Part shown: positions 1 through 6,957 of the stretch, piece by piece
How positions within the stretch are numbered: the first letter of the stretch is position 1
Layout of the letters: each line of letters starts with the position of its first letter
IMG/VR virus record: IMGVR_UViG_3300037755_000578
Span: 1 to 38,432 of that record
Length of the DNA stretch: 38,432 nucleotides
Origin: a virus
Reading direction: 5' to 3' (one strand)
Notes under the pieces: generated by a model
The model's database searches: none
What the model was told of the DNA's origin: nothing
The model's input: the letters and a program-made list of their open reading frames with translations, nothing else
Made by a program: the position numbers and the translations under genes

Positions 1-127
1 GAGAACGTCCGTGCTGTTGCAGACCACGAGCCGCCCCTGATGTGCCACCGCGGCCCGTGCCGGCGTACCGGTGGACGCCAGCGGCTTGAACGCCAGGTGC
101 GTGGTGCCCGAGGCAACGGCGCTTGCG
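1..127. repeat. Left copy of an exact 127-bp terminal direct repeat (circular-assembly overlap or terminal redundancy)
   Basis: Bases 1-127 (gagaacgtccgtgctgttgcag...caacggcgcttgcg) match 38306-38432 base for base. Confidence 0.95.
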
Positions 128-3100
128 GCTGCCCATGCTGCGGTCTGCGCCGTGGCGCGTGTCTGCCGCCACGCCGAGGCCATCTCGTATACCGCGGCGG
201 TGGTCGCGAGCGCGCCCGGGCGTTCCCCGATGCGCTCCACGTTGCCGTAATTGGCCGGCGCGGTGCGCCAGATCGTCAGGTTGTTCGAGCTTACGTTCGC
301 GGGGTCCGGCAGGTTCGAGGCGTCCGCGTACCCGAACGAGATCCACAGGTTATTTGCGCTGCCCCATGGCGGCGTCAGCAGCGCGCTCGGAGTGCCGCCT
401 GCGCTTCCAGCCCCGGTGACCGCTATGGCCGTTCCGAGGTCCGAGCCGCGCACCAGAAGCACCGAGAACAGCACCGCCTGCGGCGCCCCCGTCGTCATAT
501 TGATGGCGGCCGTGTCCGCCGCCACGCGTGCCTGCGTCGTCAGGTCCTGCACGTGAACCCGGAACAGGTTTGATGAGCTGTCGGACGTGTTCACCAGCAG
601 CGAATAACCACTGACGAACGACGTATTGAGCCCTTGCGACGCAACCACGACGAGGATGCGGTCGCCGAGTTTGCGTCCCTGCGGCAGCTTTATGTTGTAG
701 ACCCCACCGGGCCACATGCCGAGCGAGAACATGGTCTGCTCGACGATCCATGGCGCCTGCTCGCCCTCCAGCGCCGCCACGCGGTCCACGATCCACCGAC
801 CCTGCCAGCCGCCGCTGCCGAGCCCGCTGCCTTGCATGTCCAGGTGGACGAGACGCCCGTCGGTGCCGTCCTCGCTTTGCAATGTGAACGTGAGGAGCTG
901 CTCCGCGTCGTGCCGCACGGCCGCCGTGACGACCGGGAATTGCCGCAGGATATCCCGGATGCCTTCGGAGATGTAGATCGCGGTGCTGCCGCCGCGGGGC
1001 AACAGGTACAGCTTCGGGTCGTCCGTGCCGGCCTCGGCCTGGAAGACGATTCCAAACTCCGTCTTGCACACCGAACGCCAGTCGACGGCCCCGACGTGGC
1101 TGTCGATCTCGACCGGCTCGGAGATGTCGCCCACGCCCGCCGCGTTCGGCCCCGTCCCGATCAGCTCGCGAATGTTGCGGCGCCCGAAGACGTAGCGCCG
1201 CCCGTCCTCTCCCGCCGCGACGGCCGTGATCGGCTCCGGGTTCTGAATGAAAAACAGGTCGTCGTTGACGAAGCCGACGCCTTCGCCTGGGCGGTTCTCC
1301 AAGCTGATGTGCAGCTGCGTGTCGCGTTCCAACCCTCCGAGGATGAGCTTGCCGTCGCTCTCAGCCACCAGCGTTGCCGGGCTCGCGAGGCCGAGCGGGA
1401 GCCGCCCGGACACGCTGCCGTCGGCTCCCTGCGTGTAGAGCGGCGCCCCCGTCTGAATGACGCTATCGGCTGCGGCGTCCGTAACGGACGTGCCGCCCTG
1501 CCCCAACGCTGGCGTCGCGACCACTGCCAGCGCCCGAGCGAAGCGCGGGATGCTGCCGCCGGCCTCGGTCGTGTAGATGTCGAGGAACAGCCGCGCGCCA
1601 CGGAGGAACGCGAGCGGCCCCGTGCGCAGCCCGACCGGCACCACGAAGGCGATGTTAAGCGTCAGGTTGCCGCCGGGCAGGGTGTGGGTCCTGGGGGGCG
1701 ACGGCGCGCTTTGAATCACCTCGCCTGCGGTCGTGACCCAGCGGAAGACGAGCTGCACCGTGTACGTGCCAAGCGCCGTCTTTGCGCCGCCGCCCGAGCT
1801 GCCGAGCGCCAGAAACTCGGGCGCCGTTTCCATGCCCAGCTCTGTCGTCATGGCACGGTCGAACTGTGCCGTGTTGCCGCCCGCCAGGTACAGCGAGCCG
1901 GCGTTTGCTACGCCCTGGCGCCGCTTGCCGGAGAACACGTTGAAGCCCACCAGGTACGCTCGATAGGTCTCGTCCCGCGGGTCTTTTCCGATCAGACCCA
2001 CGTACCAACGCGACCCGATTCCACGCACGATGTTCGACTGATGAAACAGTGTCGCCGCTGAAAACGTGTTCTTCGCGATGCCATCCAGCACCGTGGCCGC
2101 GAGCTGCCCGCCGTTCGTGGCGGTGGACACGCTCGTGAGGCCGTACGGGGCCGGGTTGTTGATGCCGAGGCTTTCCCACGTGAACATGACGCCGTCAAAC
2201 ATCTCGGCCTTGCTGACCGGGTACACGCCTTCGTGCACCTGCCCCTGGGTCAGTGAGTGCGTGGACACCAACACGCGCGTGTGCCGCACCCGGCGCCGTG
2301 TCGACGTCTCGGAGTAGTAGCGAACCGCTATGTTGGAGGAGTCGACACGCGACACCGAGACCCACGTGAACACCTCGCCCGAGGGGTCCACGTTCGTTGG
2401 GCCCGTGACAGCCGCGTGCGTGGTGGCGTCGAACGTCCGCAGCTCCACGCCGGACGCGGTCCGCACGTTCACGACATTCACGCGATTGTTGGCGCTGTCG
2501 CCCTGGATGCTGACCGGCGCGTTCGCTAGGCTCGCGACGTTCACGGCTGCGCCCTGCTGGATATTGGCAGAGCTGAAGCGCCGCCAGGTGTAGCCAGTCC
2601 CCGTGGCGTACACGTGGAGATAGTTCGTCGTGCCCCGCAGCACTGCCACGTCATAGGGGCCCGGGTACGTCGTGGCGCCGGCGCCAACGATGGTGGCCGC
2701 GCTCAGCACCGGAGAGGCCGATGCCATGTCGAGCGTGTTGACGTTCATCGTCGTCACGCTCTGGCTGAAGATGTAGAACACCTGCCCGATCGCGAGCACG
2801 CGCGGGTTGGCGTTGCCGCTGACTCCGACCGCGACCACGGCCGTTGTGACGACTCCGCCGCCGACCGCATCCACGACCGAGATTCGGACGAACAGCCCAA
2901 AGAACCCAAGCGCGCAGCTGACCATGCACACATAGCGGCCGTCCGCTGTCGTGGCCACGTCTGCAACGTTCAGGTCCGAGCTTGCCAGCGCGACCGAGTG
3001 CGTCACGCTCAGCTCGCTGAGCTCAATCCTCACCTCGTCGGCAACCGGCATGCTCCAGAAGTCCACGCTGTCGTTGCCGTGGATGCCGTTGAACTCGGTG

Positions 3101-3402
3101 CGCCAGACGCCCGCGGGGGTGTTGGCGAGTCGGTACGGCGCGCGGATGCCTGTCTGCACGCCGGGCGCGTTGTTGCCGAGCGCGATCAGCTGGTCGCCAA
3201 CCGTGTGGAGGTCGTACGGCTCCAGCTGCTCGGCGCTCTCGTGCACCGAGACGCCGAGGCTCGTGTACCCGGGCCGCGTGACGAGCCGCCCCTTCTGGTC
3301 CACCCGGACGTTCTGCGCCACCGCGATCGTGCCGTTGGGGGCGATGCGGGAATCGACCGTCTTGTCGGCTCCGCGCGCCAGGTCGATAGTGATCGGCCTC
3401 AC
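1..3402 (-). CDS. Large virion/tail protein, first 1134 codons. The gene wraps the circular junction and totals 1277 aa with 37874..38305. Nozzle/tail-tube B-like by position.
   Basis: The minus frame with codons at 1,4,7... has no stop in 1..3402; none of the minus ORFs listed here is in that frame. Hand translation from GTG 3402 gives VRPITIDLARGADKTVDSRIAPNGTIAVAQNVRVDQKGRLVTRPGYTSLGVSVHESAEQLEPYDLHTVGDQLIALGNNAPGV... with G/C third positions. The start forms a GTGA overlap with the upstream stop. The frame runs through the 127-bp repeat into ORF 37874..38353. Confidence 0.8.
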   Translation of the reverse strand, partial: MRPITIDLARGADKTVDSRIAPNGTIAVAQNVRVDQKGRLVTRPGYTSLGVSVHESAEQLEPYDLHTVGDQLIALGNNAPGVQTGIRAPYRLANTPAGVWRTEFNGIHGNDSVDFWSMPVADEVRIELSELSVTHSVALASSDLNVADVATTADGRYVCMVSCALGFFGLFVRISVVDAVGGGVVTTAVVAVGVSGNANPRVLAIGQVFYIFSQSVTTMNVNTLDMASASPVLSAATIVGAGATTYPGPYDVAVLRGTTNYLHVYATGTGYTWRRFSSANIQQGAAVNVASLANAPVSIQGDSANNRVNVVNVRTASGVELRTFDATTHAAVTGPTNVDPSGEVFTWVSVSRVDSSNIAVRYYSETSTRRRVRHTRVLVSTHSLTQGQVHEGVYPVSKAEMFDGVMFTWESLGINNPAPYGLTSVSTATNGGQLAATVLDGIAKNTFSAATLFHQSNIVRGIGSRWYVGLIGKDPRDETYRAYLVGFNVFSGKRRQGVANAGSLYLAGGNTAQFDRAMTTELGMETAPEFLALGSSGGGAKTALGTYTVQLVFRWVTTAGEVIQSAPSPPRTHTLPGGNLTLNIAFVVPVGLRTGPLAFLRGARLFLDIYTTEAGGSIPRFARALAVVATPALGQGGTSVTDAAADSVIQTGAPLYTQGADGSVSGRLPLGLASPATLVAESDGKLILGGLERDTQLHISLENRPGEGVGFVNDDLFFIQNPEPITAVAAGEDGRRYVFGRRNIRELIGTGPNAAGVGDISEPVEIDSHVGAVDWRSVCKTEFGIVFQAEAGTDDPKLYLLPRGGSTAIYISEGIRDILRQFPVVTAAVRHDAEQLLTFTLQSEDGTDGRLVHLDMQGSGLGSGGWQGRWIVDRVAALEGEQAPWIVEQTMFSLGMWPGGVYNIKLPQGRKLGDRILVVVASQGLNTSFVSGYSLLVNTSDSSSNLFRVHVQDLTTQARVAADTAAINMTTGAPQAVLFSVLLVRGSDLGTAIAVTGAGSAGGTPSALLTPPWGSANNLWISFGYADASNLPDPANVSSNNLTIWRTAPANYGNVERIGERPGALATTAAVYEMASAWRQTRATAQTAAWAAASAVASGTTHLAFKPLASTGTPARAAVAHQGRLVVCNSTDVL

Positions 3403-4163
3403 GGCACCATCCGGTGGCCGCTACGCATCCCCCCGTACCTCGACGAGACCTGGATCGGGCCGTCCTGCGCCAACCGCGTGGTGTTCGCTTTGATGGCAAT
3501 CCAGGAGCGTTCGCGCGCCGCAACGCATTCGTCGAGCTGCTTGCTGCCCTGGGGGCCCACGTCCCGGATGAGCGCCTTACACGCCAGATCCCAGATGACC
3601 CATTGCAGCCAGCTCTCTTGGCCCGGGAACAGGTCGGTTCCGTTGAGGATGTCGACCCATTCGGGCAGGAACCACAGCACGTACTGCCCGCCGGTGGGGA
3701 CCGGGAACAGCATGATCTTTCCGGCTACCTGCGTGCTGCCGCTGGTCGTCGGGAGCGAGCGCTGAACCCACATGGTCAGCCCCTCGTCGCTGAACCCATA
3801 GTCGCCCCGGTCGTTGCCGAGCGGCCCGAGCCGGCGCTGCGCGAAAGTGCCTTGCTGCACGTTGCTCCAGTACCCGCCGACCTTCACGTCGAGCCCGTGC
3901 ACGCTGACCGCGTTCGTGGGCCAGTCGATCTCTGCGTAGCCTCCGCCCGTCACTGCCTCGATCACCGGGAGCGACAGGATCGCGGTCGGCTGAAGAACCG
4001 TCTGCATGTCGCTGTTGGCCAGCTTGACGCGCAGGTCTCGGTAGCTGAGGTTGGCCTCTCGCGTGAGGTCAAGCGTCGTGTGGCGGTCGCTCACGCCTTC
4101 GAGGTCGGCGCGGTAGATCGCGGCGTTTATCACCTCGCCCATGGATAGGTATTGGCCAGCCAT
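3399..4163 (-). CDS. Virion protein, 254 aa; putative head-to-tail adaptor / tail-tube A-like (position only)
   Basis: Track ORF MAGQYLSMGEVINAAIYRADLEG... with ATG at 4163. Its stop forms a GTGA overlap with the 1277-aa gene. It lies in the capsid-to-tail operon. Confidence 0.6.
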   Translation of the reverse strand: MAGQYLSMGEVINAAIYRADLEGVSDRHTTLDLTREANLSYRDLRVKLANSDMQTVLQPTAILSLPVIEAVTGGGYAEIDWPTNAVSVHGLDVKVGGYWSNVQQGTFAQRRLGPLGNDRGDYGFSDEGLTMWVQRSLPTTSGSTQVAGKIMLFPVPTGGQYVLWFLPEWVDILNGTDLFPGQESWLQWVIWDLACKALIRDVGPQGSKQLDECVAARERSWIAIKANTTRLAQDGPIQVSSRYGGMRSGHRMVP

Positions 4164-4221
4164 ATTGAATCTGCCCCTGAGCTGGCGGGCGAGTCACCAG
4201 ACCGCCAGCCCAGGGAACCTT

Positions 4222-4500
4222 TTAGAAGTCCGGGAAGCCTTCGCCCACGTCCGCCAGCTCGTCAGCCTCGATCTCCTCCTCGGGCTCGTCCGTCACGGCC
4301 CCGAGCAGGCCGTGTTTGCGTAGACACGCCTCGATGGCGTCCTGAAGCGCCGTGGCCTTGGTCTCGTCGCCCACGGCAGCCCGAGCCGCTGCCATGAACT
4401 CGCCATCCTCGTCCGCGTACGGGTCGAGCGGCTCCGCGTCGAGGCTCTCGGACTCGCCCAGGAGCGGCCCAAGCTCCTCGACCGTTGGTGCTGTTGCCAT
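4222..4500 (-). CDS. Small, strongly acidic protein (92 aa)
   Basis: Track ORF MATAPTVEELGPLLGESESLDAEPLDPYADEDGEF... By count it has 26 D/E against 4 K/R. GC-rich third positions. Confidence 0.7.
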   Translation of the reverse strand: MATAPTVEELGPLLGESESLDAEPLDPYADEDGEFMAAARAAVGDETKATALQDAIEACLRKHGLLGAVTDEPEEEIEADELADVGEGFPDF

Positions 4501-4526
4501 GTGACTCCGTGTCCTTTACTCGCCGC

Positions 4527-4859
4527 CTAGCGCGGTCTTGTTCTGAGGTACGAATCTTCCCGTCTGGTGTCCGAAGGGGGTTCCCGCTCGGAGGGTGTCT
4601 CGGACGATCTCAGACTGAAGTCTGCTTCGCGCTTGGATAGCAAGTCGTCGAGCGTGGGCGGCGCCCCTTGCGCGAAGGCCGTCAATGCTATCTTCAACGT
4701 CTCGTTCTGCGAGGCGATATGCCGCCGCTGCTCCAGCTCCAAGTGCTTTTTCTGCCACCGTCTCTGGCGTTTGAGCAGCCAGATACGAATCAGAAAGTAC
4801 GAGGCAGCCCCAAGCATATCCCAGTGCGGCGCGAGTGCGTGTAACAGCGGCTGCAACAT
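4527..4859 (-). CDS. Single-pass membrane protein (110 aa), low-GC moron-like insert in the virion operon
   Basis: Track ORF MLQPLLHALAPHWDMLGAASYFLIRIWLLKRQRRWQKK... with a hydrophobic segment followed by a charged helix. Its third positions are mostly G/C, whereas the overlapping 133-aa frame has A/T-rich third positions. It is flanked by untranslated gaps, unlike its tightly coupled neighbours. Confidence 0.65.
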   Translation of the reverse strand: MLQPLLHALAPHWDMLGAASYFLIRIWLLKRQRRWQKKHLELEQRRHIASQNETLKIALTAFAQGAPPTLDDLLSKREADFSLRSSETPSEREPPSDTRREDSYLRTRPR

Positions 4860-4870
4860 GACCGTTTCTC

Positions 4871-4879
4871 ATTGTAGCA
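4871..4879 (-). promoter_or_regulatory. Extended -10-like element TGcTACAAT, 11 nt upstream of the ATG of the membrane-protein moron
   Basis: The minus strand reads ..GCCGGTGCTACAATGAGAAACGGTCATG. I see no good -35. Confidence 0.3.
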
Positions 4880-4919
4880 CCGGCGCGGAATCCCGTCGCG
4901 TGGCTATGGGCGTGCATCG

Positions 4920-5303
4920 TTACACCGTCTCTAGGTCAAGCTCGACGAACATGGTCGAGTTGACGATAGGGTTGGCGAGTGAGGGCGTCGCGGCATCGTA
5001 GACCATGACCTGGCACGTGCCCGCCGCCTCGTTGATGTTGCAGACCTGGGCCAGCCGAGCCGAGCCAATGACCGCCGTTGGGGCCGCGATGTGCGCGTTG
5101 GCTCCGCGTACCTTCTGGCCCGCGGGGAACACCAGGTTGGCGATACCCGTCGAGCCGAACACGTTCGAGCCCGCGCCGAACCCGGACGGCATTCGTTCGT
5201 CGCTGACCGTCCATGTGGACGCTGCGACTGTGACGGCGATCTTGTAGAGCGCCTTGTAGTGATCGGGAACGCCCGACCTTACTGGATGTGCATCTTGAAT
5301 CAT
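4920..5303 (-). CDS. Small virion protein directly after the capsid gene (127 aa); possible decoration/cement protein
   Basis: Track ORF MIQDAHPVRSGVPDHYKALYKIAVTVAAS... with AAGGAG 9 nt upstream of the ATG at 5303. Function is inferred from position only. Confidence 0.6.
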   Translation of the reverse strand: MIQDAHPVRSGVPDHYKALYKIAVTVAASTWTVSDERMPSGFGAGSNVFGSTGIANLVFPAGQKVRGANAHIAAPTAVIGSARLAQVCNINEAAGTCQVMVYDAATPSLANPIVNSTMFVELDLETV

Positions 5304-5328
5304 CGGTGAATCTCCTTATGAGGTGAGC

Positions 5329-5364
5329 CGGCGGGGCGTGCGGAATCCCGACCACGCCCCGCCG
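5329..5364 (-). terminator. 12-bp perfect GC stem-loop between the capsid gene and the next gene (attenuator or RNA-stability hairpin)
   Basis: cggcggggcgtg (5329-5340) pairs with cacgccccgccg (5353-5364) around a 12-nt loop. There is no U tract. Confidence 0.5.
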
Positions 5365-5370
5365 ATTCGA

Positions 5371-6756
5371 TTACACCGCGGCCAAGGTGGCACGGGCGTT
5401 CCAGGACGGGTACTGACACGCAAGATGCGCGTAGCAGGTCGTCCGGAACTCGTAGTTGTCACTGGTGGCCTTGCGGAGGAGCTTCAGGCCGTCGCCGTTC
5501 ATGACGCGCGGGAACATTCCCTTGGTGGCGCAGAAGTGCCAGCTCTTGAGGTTGAGCAGGAGCAAGAGCGTCTGCGGGATGTGCGGCGAGGGGACGACCT
5601 CACAGCGGCCCTGCGGCAGGTCCACGTAGATCGCCGAGTAGCCAAACGAGGTCGTTGCTCCTTTGACCGTGGACTCGTGCGGGGTGACGCCGCGAGACTT
5701 CAGCTCGCCAACGAGCTTGGTCCACTGGCGCGAGTTGATGATGGCCTTTAGCGGGCCCTTGTTGCCGCTCGTCAGCTGAAGCTCGGTGGCCGCCTGCAAG
5801 ATGCGGTTCTCGATGCTGCCGACCGACTTGGTCGCCGACAGACGCACGCCGGAGAGGCGCGAGTCCATGTTGCGGTCGACGCCGAACTTCGTGCCCGGCG
5901 TGCTGGTCGGGGTGATCCAGTCCTGGAAGCCATCGACGATGTAGCCGTTTGAGCTCGACCCGGTCGTGTTCGTCACGATGCCGCCCTGCACGTCGCCGTA
6001 CCGGTACAGCTTTAGCGGGTTGGTGTCGTTCGCCGTCTCCCACGTGGCGATCACGGTGGCGGCTCCGCCCTGCGTGTTGCTCGTGGTGATGGTGCCAAGC
6101 TCCGTGTCCACCGCGATGACCCAGCCAATGCCGGTCGTGGCCGCCGTGGTGCCCACCGTGCCGAGGACCACCGTCGGGGCGGACTGGTCCACCGCGACGA
6201 GAGCCATGCCCACGTGGAAGTTGTGCGCGTCCTCCGGCGTGGCCAGAACGATGATGCCGTTTGCATCGTTGACGCCCGTCGTGGCGCTCGTTGCCGTGCT
6301 CACGGTCGCCAGGCTCTTGTCCTGGGTGCCCATGATGTACGTCTCGAACACCTCGCCGAACTCTTCGATCAGACCGTCGGTCTCCATGACGACGGCGCGG
6401 AGGTAGCTCGCCTCATTCGAGGCGTCGCCCTCCTCGATGTCCTTGTCGCGGATGACAACCGAGCCGGTGTAGTCACCATTGGTGACGAGCCATTCGCCCA
6501 CAGTAGAGCGCCCGCCGCCGCCAACGATTGCGGTGCTGGTCTGGTTGTCGGCAACGAACTGCGAGTCGGTGCGGCTGAAGCCGTGGCCCTGGGGGCCGTT
6601 GAGGCGGAACGGGTAGCTGGTGATCTTGCCCATCGCCTTGGAGTGCGTGAGCAGCATCATGCCGACGTGGTCTCGCGTCGCGAGGTCGCCGATCGTTCCG
6701 GGGTCCGGGTAGACGGTGTGGAGGAAGTTGTCGGTGTATTGGCCGGGAGTAACCAT
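5371..6756 (-). CDS. Major capsid protein (461 aa) with a Thr/Gly/Ala-rich central insertion
   Basis: Track ORF MVTPGQYTDNFLHTVYPDPGTIGDL...SWNARATLAAV with GAGGA 6 nt upstream of the ATG. It has its own leader region and a hairpin after the stop. The overall layout resembles coat proteins that carry an inserted domain. Assigned by eye. Confidence 0.7.
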   Translation of the reverse strand: MVTPGQYTDNFLHTVYPDPGTIGDLATRDHVGMMLLTHSKAMGKITSYPFRLNGPQGHGFSRTDSQFVADNQTSTAIVGGGGRSTVGEWLVTNGDYTGSVVIRDKDIEEGDASNEASYLRAVVMETDGLIEEFGEVFETYIMGTQDKSLATVSTATSATTGVNDANGIIVLATPEDAHNFHVGMALVAVDQSAPTVVLGTVGTTAATTGIGWVIAVDTELGTITTSNTQGGAATVIATWETANDTNPLKLYRYGDVQGGIVTNTTGSSSNGYIVDGFQDWITPTSTPGTKFGVDRNMDSRLSGVRLSATKSVGSIENRILQAATELQLTSGNKGPLKAIINSRQWTKLVGELKSRGVTPHESTVKGATTSFGYSAIYVDLPQGRCEVVPSPHIPQTLLLLLNLKSWHFCATKGMFPRVMNGDGLKLLRKATSDNYEFRTTCYAHLACQYPSWNARATLAAV

Positions 6757-6957
6757 TTCGGTCCTCTGAAAAGTTGGGGGTTGTCTCCAGCGTCAATGGC
6801 CGCTGTTGGCTACCTCCGGCTCTCAGAGCAATCCGGGCCTGGCACGGTTTAGAGCCTCGTGCGTGGCTTCTCCGGGATACGTCCCGGGCCGTGCTGGGGG
6901 GCGATGTTCCAGCTTGCGCCCGTGTCAAGACTGAACGGAAGACCTCGCTGTGTCAAG
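6757..6957 (-). promoter_or_regulatory. 201-bp leader upstream of the capsid gene, with two TTGACA boxes and a hairpin
   Basis: On the minus strand, cTTGACAc occurs twice (plus-strand tgtcaa at 6923-6928 and 6951-6956, 28 bp apart). A hairpin ccggga-tacg-tcccgg lies at 6873-6888. Confidence 0.4.

Noticed and set aside
350-1069. Minus-strand ORFs 350..1069, 690..1055, 1161..1601, 1655..2179, 2651..2929 and 3023..3523
   Set aside because: They lie in the two minus frames that are not the open one. They are Arg/Pro/Gly/Ser-rich off-frame translations of the large virion gene.
634-2061. 475-aa plus-strand ORF, together with 2614..3765 (383 aa), 2951..3493, 3414..4148 and other plus ORFs in 1-4200
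   Set aside because: These are antisense shadows of the minus-strand virion genes. They have R/D/E/V/L/H-rich compositions typical of reverse-complement frames in GC-rich DNA, no RBS and no GC3 bias. The minus frame opposite them is the continuous 1277-aa gene.
4516-4917. 133-aa minus ORF overlapping the 110-aa membrane-protein ORF
   Set aside because: A hand count of third codon positions shows mostly A/T in this frame and mostly G/C in the 110-aa frame. The product has no recognisable features.
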